From: Promethearchaeia archaeon
GTDB lineage: Archaea; Asgardarchaeota; Lokiarchaeia; Sigyniarchaeales; SOKP01
Direction: 5' to 3'
Length of the DNA: 64,000 bases
Assembly (NCBI GenBank): GCA_046483985.1
Contig: JAWOCD010000004.1
Span: 18,117-82,116 of the forward strand
Position numbers and translations under genes: made by a program
Notes under the pieces: generated by a model
Database searches by the model: none
Told to the model about the DNA's origin: nothing
What the model saw: only the letters and a program-made list of their open reading frames with translations
Shown here: one piece after another, positions 9,333-18,824 of the stretch
Layout: each line of letters opens with the position of its first letter
Numbering within the stretch: position 1 is the first letter of the stretch

Positions 9333-10607
9333 ATGCATAACAAGTTCATCCCCATCATTCCGAACCATATTGTTTTAAGAAGATATGAAAATATAAATAT
9401 TTACGACATAAAGTTGGATGAGTCCTATTTAATTGATGAAGAAGCTTATTCAGTTCTTAAATTAATAAATGGGCGAAACACCGTGGATGAAATTTTAAAA
9501 AAGTACCCCATGGATAAAAAAGAAGAGATTAGAGAAGCTTTAGCAACGTTTTCGGATTTAAAAATCATTTCGTTTTTGCCCGAAAAACCCAAAGATTCCA
9601 AAGAGATTAACACAGAACATTTAAATCTTCCCGAGAAAAATCCTTTAAAACAACCTTATTTAAAAAATTTAATGGTTAATATTACCGAAAGATGCAATTT
9701 AAAATGCAAACATTGCTATATAACAAATAAAGACCCGGTAGATATGGAACTTCAAAAACTAAAAAAGATTATAAAGGATTTTTACGAATTACAGGGAATT
9801 CGCTTAATTTTAACCGGCGGTGAGCCCTTTATTTATAAGCATTTGAAGGAACTCCTTAGTTATTTAAAAGAATTCGCACTTCAAAAGGTACTACTCTCTA
9901 ATGGAACACTTATTACGCAAAATAAAGAATTAATAGATTTATTGAAAGATAATAATGTAGAGATTTTTATAAGCATGGATGGTTTAGAAGAATCACATAA
10001 TGATTTTCGAGACGCTAACTGTTTTCAAGACACAATAGACGGAATAAAATTTCTCCTAAGCAATAGCATAAAAACTTCAATCAATACAATGGTTCATAAG
10101 CAAAATATCGATGAGTTTGAAGAGATGTTTAATTTGATTAATGCATTGGAGGGAAATATAGCAAATTGGTCAATAGATATTCCGACGTTCGAAGAAGACA
10201 TCCCAGAAGGAATAAGAAAAAAGTATGAAGTACCCGGAGAAGAAGGAGGCAAAATCTTAAAACATTATGGGTGGGGCGAAGTATATGAGTCTGAATGTCA
10301 CAATTTTGCATGTGGTCCAAATTTAATGGCTATAGATGTAAAGGGGATTGTTACGAAGTGCGGATTTTTTTATAGTCGGAATGCAGGAAATATATTTAAA
10401 ATCGGGATGGAAAAAGCGTGGAAGCGAATTCAAAAGAACTTGAATTGGACTTTGGATGAATTAAAATGTGAGGATTGTGATTTTATTGAAAATTGTCGGG
10501 GAGGATGTCGTTATAGAGCATTTAAGCAAACTGGGAACATTCAGGGTATTGACAAGTATAAATGTTATCAATTTGGAAAAATCAAAAATAATAATAATGT
10601 AAAATAA
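9333..10607 (+). CDS. Radical SAM/SPASM protein with N-terminal PqqD/RRE-like domain
   Basis: CNLKCKHC, TGGEP, SPASM Cys set (CGP...KCGF...CEDC...CRGGC...C); N-terminal LINGRNTVDEIL winged-helix-like segment. Confidence 0.85.
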   Translation: MHNKFIPIIPNHIVLRRYENINIYDIKLDESYLIDEEAYSVLKLINGRNTVDEILKKYPMDKKEEIREALATFSDLKIISFLPEKPKDSKEINTEHLNLPEKNPLKQPYLKNLMVNITERCNLKCKHCYITNKDPVDMELQKLKKIIKDFYELQGIRLILTGGEPFIYKHLKELLSYLKEFALQKVLLSNGTLITQNKELIDLLKDNNVEIFISMDGLEESHNDFRDANCFQDTIDGIKFLLSNSIKTSINTMVHKQNIDEFEEMFNLINALEGNIANWSIDIPTFEEDIPEGIRKKYEVPGEEGGKILKHYGWGEVYESECHNFACGPNLMAIDVKGIVTKCGFFYSRNAGNIFKIGMEKAWKRIQKNLNWTLDELKCEDCDFIENCRGGCRYRAFKQTGNIQGIDKYKCYQFGKIKNNNNVK

Positions 10608-10638
10608 TATAATTCTAAAAGAAATAGGTTGATCAAAA

Positions 10639-10884
10639 ATGGTTAAAGAACATGAAATAATCAGAACTGAGGAGGATATCACTCCTTTAAACCGTAAATT
10701 AATTAACACTATCTGCCATAAATGTAATTTCTATGCCGAAGATCAAGAATATTGGGAAAAAGAGTATGAATGTGGAGCTTATAAATTAGTTAGGCAAATG
10801 GTAAAAGAGAAAATAATCAATATAGATGAAATCGAAGAATTATTCAAGGCAGTGGATCTAAATCCTTCAAGAGACTTAAGGTAA
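10639..10884 (+). CDS. Small hypothetical protein with CxxC...ECGAY motif
   Basis: 81-aa ORF 31 nt after the radical SAM gene, same strand. Confidence 0.65.
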   Translation: MVKEHEIIRTEEDITPLNRKLINTICHKCNFYAEDQEYWEKEYECGAYKLVRQMVKEKIINIDEIEELFKAVDLNPSRDLR

Positions 10885-11005
10885 GTTTTTAGATTGTATA
10901 TTTATGTATCTCTTTACATATTTTTATAGGTTTAACGAAAGGAAAAGACAAAAATTACATTTGTAGAGACGGGAAAATTTAATTTCGAAAAAGGATTACT
11001 ACAAT

Positions 11006-11899
11006 ATGATGGCTAAGAATTCTGAAAAATCTCTTCCTTTAAGAACCTTTCCGCTTATTTCTTGTTCTCGACGAACAGATATCCCTGCATTTTTAATGGA
11101 GTGGGTAAAAGAAAAAATAGAGCAAGGATTTGTGGATGTAACAAATCCTTTTAATCGAAACCAGATTACTCGCGTCTCTTTAAAACCAGAAGATATAAAA
11201 TGCTGGTGCTGGTGGAGTAAGAATTATGGACCTTGGATCTGGACATATAAAGCAAATCCTAAACTGTTCAATCAATATAAAGGACATTATTTTCAATTTA
11301 CGATTAATAGCCCTTCAAAGCTTGAGCGAAATCTTAAAATCTCTTTACGGGAACGGTTTTCTCAACTCGAGTGGTTAATAGATCAGTTTGGAACTACGGC
11401 GGTAAATTACCGATTTGATCCAGTTATTCTATACAAAAAGAAAGGAGAGAAAAAAATAAGGAGCAATCTCAGCCATTTTGAGCAAATTATTAAAAAAGTG
11501 AGTTCCTTAGGTCTTGAAGAGATGGTATTTTCCTTTGCAACGCTCTACAATAAGGTAAAAAACCGAATGCCGAAAAGAGGGTTTAGTCCTATTAAGATCT
11601 CCTTAGCGAAAAAGAAAGAAATTTTAGAAAAACTCAAAAGCATATGCGAAAAATATGGCATTCAAATGCGTGCCTGCTGCCAGCCAAAATTATTAAAAAT
11701 TGAAGGTATTCAGCAAGCACATTGTATTGACGCACACAAAATCGAAGCAATAATAGGTGAATCTGTTCCGAAAAGAAAAGATACTGGACAAAGAGATGCG
11801 TGCGGTTGCCATAAATCCAAGGATATCGGAGGGTATACGGGAATCTTCAGATGTAAGCACAATTGCGATTACTGTTATGCAAATCCCGCGAGAAAATAA
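11006..11899 (+). CDS. DUF1848 family protein (radical-SAM-like)
   Basis: ISCSRRTDIPAF, VTNPFN, WSKN, YRFDP, QRDACGC..SKDIG.Y..C.H.C.YCYAN. Confidence 0.9.
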   Translation: MMAKNSEKSLPLRTFPLISCSRRTDIPAFLMEWVKEKIEQGFVDVTNPFNRNQITRVSLKPEDIKCWCWWSKNYGPWIWTYKANPKLFNQYKGHYFQFTINSPSKLERNLKISLRERFSQLEWLIDQFGTTAVNYRFDPVILYKKKGEKKIRSNLSHFEQIIKKVSSLGLEEMVFSFATLYNKVKNRMPKRGFSPIKISLAKKKEILEKLKSICEKYGIQMRACCQPKLLKIEGIQQAHCIDAHKIEAIIGESVPKRKDTGQRDACGCHKSKDIGGYTGIFRCKHNCDYCYANPARK

Positions 11900-11904
11900 T
11901 TAAA

Positions 11905-13575
11905 TTAATCCGCTTTTGGTAAAGTGAGAATAAATTTACTTCCTCGGGTATAATCATCTTCAACTTTATTTTCAACCCGGATTAATCCGTTGTAACTATC
12001 GACTATTTTTTTAACCAAGGATAAACCTACCCCATGCTGGGAATCCCCTTTTCCGATTTTTGATTTGAATAAACCATCCTTCTTCTCATCTGGAATCCCA
12101 ACTCCGTTATCTATAAATTCCATTTGAACCATTTGCTTATCATCTTGGCTTATAATAGACACGTTTATTGTAATTTCTATATGTGAAGAATCATTATGAA
12201 TGATGGCGTTCATTATCAGATTTTCAAAAATATCTCGAAGCAGCTCATTCGCTTTCACTTGCAGATCATTAAAATCATAATTGAGGAAAAAAATGATTTT
12301 ATGTGATTTATAACTTTTTACTATAAAGTCCATAGTGGTTTTTAACTGATGATAGAGATCGATATTTTGTAGTTGAAAATCTTTATTAATTTGAGATAAT
12401 TTAGAAACATTTTTTATTATTCGAGCTCCTCTTACAACTTGCTCTTTAAGAATATGATTTATTTCTTTAAACTTATCAGATTTAGGAGGATCTTTCAGAT
12501 AAATCGAATTGAGATCCACAGAAGTGCGAATGTTTTGTAAAATATTATTCATATCATGGGTAAGGAGATTTTGGTATAAATTCACCCTCTGGTAAGCATC
12601 TTTGTATTTTTTCTCTGATTGTCTTAAATTTTTGGTACGTGCTCTTACCTTTGATTCCAATTTTTCATTCAATTCTTTAAGTTTTTCTTTTGATCTTTGG
12701 AGTTCAAAGAGTGCTTTCTTTTTTTTGGTGATATCTTGAACGAGACTTATAACATATTTGGGTTTATCATTAATATCACGGACCAAGGTTGCTGTGAGAT
12801 CCCCCCAGATAATTTTACCGCTTTTATGAATGTATCTTTTTTCGATGTGGTAAAATTCTCGCTTTCCACATACCAATTCACGGAATAAATTTAAGTCGAT
12901 ATCTTTATCCTCTGGATGCGTGAATTCTTGGAAATGGGTATCGTTTAACTCCTCCTCGGAATAACCAAGAAAATTATGGAGATATGTATTCATCTCAAGG
13001 GGGCGCCCTTTCATATCAACTCGGGCAACTCCAATAGAACTACTGGAAACTATAGCGCTGTAGCGTGATTCCCGATCCTTTAATTTTTCTCTAATTCTTT
13101 TTATCTTTCTAATATCATTAATAGTGCAGATCATATTTGTAAACTGATTCTGCTCTTTTAACGGAATTAACCATCCTGATCGGAATCTTTGGGTTTTTCC
13201 AAGAGTTAGAACATTAATACCATCATAAAATATGGGTTTAAGATGTCTTTTTGCTTTATTATAATATTTAATAAACTCTTTAACTGACCCTTCCGGAAAA
13301 TCCGTATAAAGATTCCTTCCAACTATTTTTTCACTTGGGACATCAGCAATTCTCTCTAAACTTTTATTACAGTAAACAATAATATCATTCTCATTTGTAA
13401 TCCAAACACCATTCCGAACAGCATCAAGTATTTTTTGATAAAATTCTTTTTGGTTCTGAAGCTTTTTTTCTAACTGATCTTTATCTGCAGTTAATCGCTC
13501 TATTTTTTCCTTAGATTTTTGTTTGAATGATTTAAACTCATCAAGTAATCTATCATATTTATCTTTCAGATCCAT
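11905..13575 (-). CDS. PAS-domain sensor histidine kinase
   Basis: Two PAS domains (THPED), H-box THDMNNILQ, ENLIMNA, DNGVGI, GVGLSLVK. Confidence 0.9.
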   Translation of the reverse strand: MDLKDKYDRLLDEFKSFKQKSKEKIERLTADKDQLEKKLQNQKEFYQKILDAVRNGVWITNENDIIVYCNKSLERIADVPSEKIVGRNLYTDFPEGSVKEFIKYYNKAKRHLKPIFYDGINVLTLGKTQRFRSGWLIPLKEQNQFTNMICTINDIRKIKRIREKLKDRESRYSAIVSSSSIGVARVDMKGRPLEMNTYLHNFLGYSEEELNDTHFQEFTHPEDKDIDLNLFRELVCGKREFYHIEKRYIHKSGKIIWGDLTATLVRDINDKPKYVISLVQDITKKKKALFELQRSKEKLKELNEKLESKVRARTKNLRQSEKKYKDAYQRVNLYQNLLTHDMNNILQNIRTSVDLNSIYLKDPPKSDKFKEINHILKEQVVRGARIIKNVSKLSQINKDFQLQNIDLYHQLKTTMDFIVKSYKSHKIIFFLNYDFNDLQVKANELLRDIFENLIMNAIIHNDSSHIEITINVSIISQDDKQMVQMEFIDNGVGIPDEKKDGLFKSKIGKGDSQHGVGLSLVKKIVDSYNGLIRVENKVEDDYTRGSKFILTLPKAD

Positions 13576-13598
13576 CAATAAATTAATTATACTATTAC

Positions 13599-13616
13599 TA
13601 TATATATATATATATA
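13599..13616. repeat. (TA)9 microsatellite in the kinase promoter region
   Basis: TATATATATATATATATA, 24-41 nt upstream of ATG 13575 on the minus strand. Confidence 0.8.
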
Positions 13617-13647
13617 TTTTTTTCTTGTATCAAGCCCCCATATTCAA

Positions 13648-13726
13648 GATATTGGAGGAAACACGAGTGTTTTCTAAATGCAGACATAATTGCGGTTATT
13701 GTTATGTAAATCCCCCAAGAAATTAA
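13648..13726 (+). pseudogene. 3' remnant of a DUF1848 paralog
   Basis: DIGGNTSVF(+1 nt)KCRHNCGYCYVNPPRN* versus DIGGYTGIFRCKHNCDYCYANPARK* at the end of 11006-11899. Confidence 0.8.
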
Positions 13727-13768
13727 ATTCCTCTCCCTAAAGGACGGGGTATTCTTTTGCCTTTAATG
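13723..13768 (-). mobile_element. 46-nt IS200/IS605-derived mini-element
   Basis: Minus strand TTTAT|cattaaaggcaaaagaataccccgtcctttagggagaggaatTTAA; near-identical to the left end at 60974. Confidence 0.75.
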
Positions 13769-13835
13769 ATAAAAAGTTTTTTAGAATTATTGACTATTAT
13801 TGATCCTTTATATTTTATTAATTCCTAGATGAATT

Positions 13836-14165
13836 ATGAAGATTAAGATTTCCTCAGAAGCGCATGAATTCTTGAAAGAAAAAGAGAAAGTTACCGGTCT
13901 ATGGATCCTCATAGATCAAATTGACGAAGAATGCACCAGAATTTACAATCCTTCCATAAAACTTCTTAAAAATAATAATCCCCCTCCATCTTCGGAAATC
14001 GAAAGGAAAATTGAGTCAAGAGACTATAGTGTTTTCATTTCTAAAAGGTTTTCAGAAATCTATGGGGAAGCTGACGAAGTTCAAATTGATACGGGAGGGT
14101 TTTTTGAAAAGATATTGCTTATTTCTAATATAGATGCAAAATCGAAGAACATTTGTAAGGTCTAG
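13836..14165 (+). CDS. Hypothetical protein, weakly HesB/IscA-like (CC/Se-motif family-like)
   Basis: MKIKISSEAHEFLK...EECTRIYNPSIK...VFIS pattern. Confidence 0.5.
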   Translation: MKIKISSEAHEFLKEKEKVTGLWILIDQIDEECTRIYNPSIKLLKNNNPPPSSEIERKIESRDYSVFISKRFSEIYGEADEVQIDTGGFFEKILLISNIDAKSKNICKV

Positions 14166-14174
14166 TTAAGTTCC

Positions 14175-15371
14175 CTACGATTTTCGCATTGTTTTGAATT
14201 TTCCCGTTTTCATAACATCACACGGGAGAAAATAGTCTTTTCCTGTTATTTTAGCTATATCCCTTAACCTTTGTGACCATTGTTCATAATTTCGTTTACC
14301 GGGATTAAAGGGGCCTGGAATTCGCATCCCAGCCATCATTGCTTTATCTATTATTCTATATCCGCTCACAATCTCATCGTGTAATAATCGACATCCCTCA
14401 TTGAGGTGAATTGCTAAAAGATCATCTGGCTGAGCCAATCCCGCCCCTTTCTGAGCCTTCTCCGACTCATCAATTTTCTCCCCGTCCCATTTATAAAACC
14501 CTTCTCCAGTTTTTTTGCCCAATTTGCCTTCATTTACTAACGATGTAAGAACTTTTCCAGGACTTATATCTGGATGTAAATTTTCCTCTAAATATTTAAT
14601 CGAATTATAGACCGTTTCTAAGCCTAGATAATCCGCTATCTCGAATGGCGCTCTTCCTTTGATTGCTGTTACATCTTTGTCTAAGTGTGCGGCTTTATAT
14701 CCCAGTTCGTAGGCTTTATCCAACATTGCCATAAGATATGCCATTCCCACGATATTTAATCGATTCACAATAAATCCTGGACTTGCTTTTTGAAGTCGGG
14801 CAATAAATCGTTTTCCAGAGAGGCAAGGCAGGTTCATTCCCAGTTTTGCGGTGATTTCCATAGTCTCTTTGGAAGTGTGAGCCCCCCTTATAACTTCAAT
14901 AAGCGATAATATTGGGATCGGTGTAAAAAAATGCATACCTATCACATTCTCCGGGCAAGATGATGCGGAAGCAATTTCGGTTATATTCATGGTAGAGGTA
15001 TTGGTAGCTAATATTGTCTCTGGAGGGGTTAATGCACCGATCGTTGAAAAAACATCCTTTTTTATCTTCATCACTTCCGGTACTGCCTCAATCACAAAGT
15101 TTGCTTTGGAAACCGCTGATTGAATGTCTGTTGTCAAAAAAAGATGATTTAAGAGGTCCGCTGGGGTTTGGTCTTTCTCCAGTTTTCCCTTTGAGTATAA
15201 TTTCATAAGGGCTTTTTTAATAAAGGCCTGGGCACTATCAAGAGGTGGTTGCTTAATATCGTGCAATATTACTTTAGGAAATCTACCCAAAAGAAGTACT
15301 TGTGCAATTTCTCGTCCCATTGTGCCGGAACCTATAACTGCTACAGTGGTAATCCAATCCATTTCGTTCAT
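14175..15371 (-). CDS. 3-hydroxyacyl-CoA dehydrogenase family protein
   Basis: VIGSGTMG, VIEAVPE, LATNTS, GMHFF, PGFIVNR, GKLGKKTGEGFY. Confidence 0.9.
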   Translation of the reverse strand: MNEMDWITTVAVIGSGTMGREIAQVLLLGRFPKVILHDIKQPPLDSAQAFIKKALMKLYSKGKLEKDQTPADLLNHLFLTTDIQSAVSKANFVIEAVPEVMKIKKDVFSTIGALTPPETILATNTSTMNITEIASASSCPENVIGMHFFTPIPILSLIEVIRGAHTSKETMEITAKLGMNLPCLSGKRFIARLQKASPGFIVNRLNIVGMAYLMAMLDKAYELGYKAAHLDKDVTAIKGRAPFEIADYLGLETVYNSIKYLEENLHPDISPGKVLTSLVNEGKLGKKTGEGFYKWDGEKIDESEKAQKGAGLAQPDDLLAIHLNEGCRLLHDEIVSGYRIIDKAMMAGMRIPGPFNPGKRNYEQWSQRLRDIAKITGKDYFLPCDVMKTGKFKTMRKS

Positions 15372-15416
15372 AATGATAATTTTCTTTTGCTTTTTTGAAA
15401 AAAAGTTGAAAAAAAG

Positions 15417-16520
15417 TTAGAAATCAAAGTGGTATTGATCTAGGCCGAGTTCTTCCTTCATAGTTTTAATATCTTGCTGTAGACTCTTATTTAAGGGAAT
15501 ACCTTGTTTGCTCCTTTTCTTTTCCGCTTCATATTCTTTTTCCCCGGCAGTATAGATCTTATCTTCGCCTGGTATTTTTCGGGCACTTCGCAATCCGCGC
15601 ATTATCTCTCCCGCGGTCTTTTTAAAGGAATTTAATCCGGCAAAATTCTCAATATTGACTGCAAGGAAAAAATGTCCTACCTTAAGGCGTTTTTGCCCGT
15701 CTTCTTCAATTCCTAACGTATCTCTAAGATATATCCCGTCTTGAAGTGCAGCAGATAATAATTCAACTATCGTAGCATAGCCATAGCCTTTATATCCAGA
15801 TTTTTCTTCTCCGGGACCTCCTAAGGGAAGCAAAGCGGCTTTTCTCTCCAGCATCTTATCCAAAATCTTTTGAGGATCTCGCATAGATTTTCCATTTTCA
15901 TCTATGACAACTCCTTCAGGTAGGGGCTTGTTCGTTCTGTTATATAATTCTACTTTCCCCCTTTGTATAATGGAGGTTGCACAATCAAGGCAAAAGGGAA
16001 ATTCCTCATCAGTAGGCGCGCCAACCGTTAAAGGATTGGTGCCCAGCAGCGGTTCCGCTCCGAATGTCGGAGGGATGGAAGGTCGAGCATTAGTCGTGGT
16101 TATACCAATCATTCCTTCTTCAATGGCCATTAGGGAATAATAGCCCGCAATTCCAAAATGTGTCGAGTTTCTTACTGCAACAGCCCCTAAACCGTACTCT
16201 TTTGCCTTTTCAATGGCGGTACTCATTGCTTTATGAGCAATGACATGGCCCATTCCACAATTACCGTCCCATAAGGCAGTCGCTTTCTCATCCTTTAGTA
16301 CATCGATATTAGTCTTAACCTCATAAATCCCTTTTTTAATACGATCATAGTACATTTTACATCGCTGAATGCCGTGAGTATCTATCCCCCGCAAGTCCGA
16401 GGTAATTAAGACCTCCCCGATAATCTCGGCATCTTCTTCAGGAACTCCTAATCCGATAAAAACATCCTTCATAAAATGTTTCAAACGTTTTGCGTCCATA
16501 TAGATGACTTCTTCATTCAT
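15417..16520 (-). CDS. Ldh_2-family (AllD/YbiC-type malate/L-lactate) oxidoreductase
   Basis: DLRGIDTHG, STHFGIAGYY, LGTNP, LDCATS, SGYKGYG. Confidence 0.9.
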   Translation of the reverse strand: MNEEVIYMDAKRLKHFMKDVFIGLGVPEEDAEIIGEVLITSDLRGIDTHGIQRCKMYYDRIKKGIYEVKTNIDVLKDEKATALWDGNCGMGHVIAHKAMSTAIEKAKEYGLGAVAVRNSTHFGIAGYYSLMAIEEGMIGITTTNARPSIPPTFGAEPLLGTNPLTVGAPTDEEFPFCLDCATSIIQRGKVELYNRTNKPLPEGVVIDENGKSMRDPQKILDKMLERKAALLPLGGPGEEKSGYKGYGYATIVELLSAALQDGIYLRDTLGIEEDGQKRLKVGHFFLAVNIENFAGLNSFKKTAGEIMRGLRSARKIPGEDKIYTAGEKEYEAEKKRSKQGIPLNKSLQQDIKTMKEELGLDQYHFDF

Positions 16521-16703
16521 ATTAATTCTCCTATATACTTCTATCTGTTTAAAAATATTTGATTAAATATAGGATTGCAATTCTTTTTATTCTTTCATAT
16601 TCAAATTTCAATCCGATTTTCCGTTACCTCGTTTCTGACCGAAATTTTACATATTACGCAGATATTCTATAGTTTTAAAATCCAAATCAAGATCGTTATA
16701 AGT

Positions 16704-16880
16704 ATGAAGCCTAAACAGAATGATGATAGATTACGAGTTGGATTTTCTCAAGAAATGATAGTTGAAGATACGGGGAAAAATATCACAGTTCAATTTCCAG
16801 ATACCCAAAACTTTATCAGCGAGATTGAAAGAAAGAAAAATAGGCAAAATCTTCATAATATCTTAAAGAGAAAATTATGA
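16704..16880 (+). CDS. Small hypothetical protein (58 aa)
   Basis: ATG 16704 inside a longer low-quality ORF; MKPKQNDDRLRVGFSQEM... Confidence 0.35.
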   Translation: MKPKQNDDRLRVGFSQEMIVEDTGKNITVQFPDTQNFISEIERKKNRQNLHNILKRKL

Positions 16881-17050
16881 ACACACCCCTCCCCCCAAAT
16901 TGATAAAACAATTTTTTTCCTCTCTTCATTCTAAATTGAGTCTCTTCAATCTCGAAATTAAATTTGGGCGATTAATCAGATTTTATGAAAAGACTTTAAG
17001 GAGGATTATGAAGATTCTAATTCTTGAAATAAAAGAAGCAGACTAAAGAG

Positions 17051-17067
17051 GAAAAAGTTTTTAAATA
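17051..17067 (+). promoter_or_regulatory. BRE/TATA promoter of the SRP RNA gene
   Basis: GAAAAAG followed by TTTTTAAATA, about 20-27 nt upstream of the predicted 5' end. Confidence 0.55.
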
Positions 17068-17086
17068 TTCCATACTTATTTAGTTT

Positions 17087-17395
17087 GGGCAACTAGGGCT
17101 CTGCCTGAACCTTCATTGCTAAGGGGAAAGCAAAACGCTCTATAGCTTAAATTGCCCAATCTGAGGCTCCATGAGTCACTAATACCCTATATTGTGTTCC
17201 GTAGAAGCAGCAGTCAAGCAGGTAGATCTCTGGGCAGTATCCCTTGTAGGGGGGGTATAAGCTCATAATAACCAACCCGACCAGGCCCGGGAGGGAGCAG
17301 TCGTCCGTTGAGAGATTTACGTTGTTTGAATTTGGTGCGGAGGAGCACAGTATTCTGGTCGTATTAGTGGGATTGGGGTCGAGGATTGGGCGACC
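17087..17395 (+). ncRNA. ffs: Archaeal signal recognition particle (7S) RNA
   Basis: Helix 8 CCAGG-CCC-GGGA-GGG-AGCAG (SRP54 site, GNRA loop); helix 6 with GUAG loop; helix 5 pairings (TGCCCAATC/GATTGGGCG, CACTAATAC/GTATTAGTG); about 310 nt; followed by a T-run. Confidence 0.9.
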
Positions 17396-17516
17396 TTTTT
17401 TCTTCTTTTCATTTTAATCCCGGCGAATTCATTTTAAATTTATGAGGAAAGAATTTAAAAAATAAGATAGCAATCTTCAACATGAACTCCACGTTAAAAA
17501 GAGGTCAAATAAATAA

Positions 17517-18185
17517 ATGAGCGATCAAATCGATAAATTTGAAAATCGAACTCAAGCTGGAAAAAAATTGGCAGGCGCCTTGAAAGATCATAAAGAATTA
17601 ATCGAACAGAGCATCATCCTTGCAATTCCTAGAGGAGGGGTTCCAGTAGCCTATGAAGTCGCTAACGAATTAAATATCCCTTTCACATTAATAATCACTA
17701 AAAAGCTTACCTCCCCTCAAAATCCCGAAGTAGCAATTGGCGCTATTGCCCCTGATGGCACCTACAAAATAAATGAAAGAACTTACTCGTTTTTGGATAT
17801 TTCTGATGATAGGTTTGAACGAATAAAGAAAGAGGTGCTCACAAACGTAAAACAAAGAGTTGAGAAATATACGGACAGAAAAGAACTAAATCTTGAGGAA
17901 AAAAAAGTAATAATTATCGATGATGGAATAGCCACGGGATTTACATCTCTTCTCGCTGCAAAATATGCAAGAAAAAGAGGTGCTGATAAGGTTGTATTGG
18001 CGGTACCCGTTGCGTTATCATCTAGTATTACAACGGTTAAAAAGGCATATGATGACGTTATTTTCATCATCTCTAAGGGAGCATTTTCAATCGGTGCATA
18101 TTATAATGATTTCCATCAAAATACGGATGAGGAATTATTTGATTATATCGAAAAGGCGAAGAAAAAGGGTCTATATTATGATTAA
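17517..18185 (+). CDS. Phosphoribosyltransferase family protein
   Basis: FENRTQAG, AIPRGGVPV, IIIDDGIATG, VLAVPV. Confidence 0.9.
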   Translation: MSDQIDKFENRTQAGKKLAGALKDHKELIEQSIILAIPRGGVPVAYEVANELNIPFTLIITKKLTSPQNPEVAIGAIAPDGTYKINERTYSFLDISDDRFERIKKEVLTNVKQRVEKYTDRKELNLEEKKVIIIDDGIATGFTSLLAAKYARKRGADKVVLAVPVALSSSITTVKKAYDDVIFIISKGAFSIGAYYNDFHQNTDEELFDYIEKAKKKGLYYD

Positions 18186-18258
18186 ACTACTCACACTTGA
18201 AGGCGTGAGATTCACACTCCCTAATGTATAATACACACACGAGACAATACGGAGTGGT
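18182..18258 (-). mobile_element. IS605/tnpB-type right-end remnant with a second hairpin
   Basis: Minus strand ...gaatCTCACGCcttcaaGTGTGAGtagtTTAA; extra stem CACTCC/GGAGTG at 18215-18256. Confidence 0.5.
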
Positions 18259-18289
18259 TGATTATACTTTTTAAAGTTTTTTATAATTC

Positions 18290-18748
18290 CTATTCTCCGT
18301 TTTTAATATTTTCTCTCTTTTCCAATTTTAAGGTATATGAACAATATTTTTCACTGGAATCTAAGATACAATCATGAACGATATGTTTATACTTATTTTT
18401 TGGATCTAATTCGCTGAGGAAGCCTTGAGAAAAAGGAATGCAGATGCTTTCTTGAATTAACTCAACATTTTCGGGATCGGTAGACCCTCCTATGGGGCAA
18501 AATCCACCTGGATATTTAGTTTTCACTTTAAACGTGTTTTCATCGACTTTTTCGATGGTGGGAATTCCCTCTATCGCTTCATAACTTTTTTTTAATCCCT
18601 CAGTCATATCCGCAATCCCCCTTCTTGTATAAACTTTTGCTAATTTAGCTCCTAAATGAGAGGAAATCGTTTTTGGGAAATTAGGACCCCCTACATTAAT
18701 CATTTCCCGAATATAAGCATGGAAGAATTTTAAGGCTTCGGTATTCAT
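18290..18748 (-). CDS. V4R/methanogen-output-domain-like protein
   Basis: FCPIGG, ICIP, CI......C Cys pattern. Confidence 0.55.
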   Translation of the reverse strand: MNTEALKFFHAYIREMINVGGPNFPKTISSHLGAKLAKVYTRRGIADMTEGLKKSYEAIEGIPTIEKVDENTFKVKTKYPGGFCPIGGSTDPENVELIQESICIPFSQGFLSELDPKNKYKHIVHDCILDSSEKYCSYTLKLEKRENIKNGE

Positions 18749-18824
18749 CAAAATAGACCTTCAATTAATTATTTTTAATATATTTAATTTTGGTTGTTCG
18801 AATATTTATATTTTTAGGATTTGT

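Noticed and set aside
13836-14165. Possible selenoprotein (HesB-like)
   Set aside because: Cys codon at the motif, no in-frame TGA, and no SECIS recognised.
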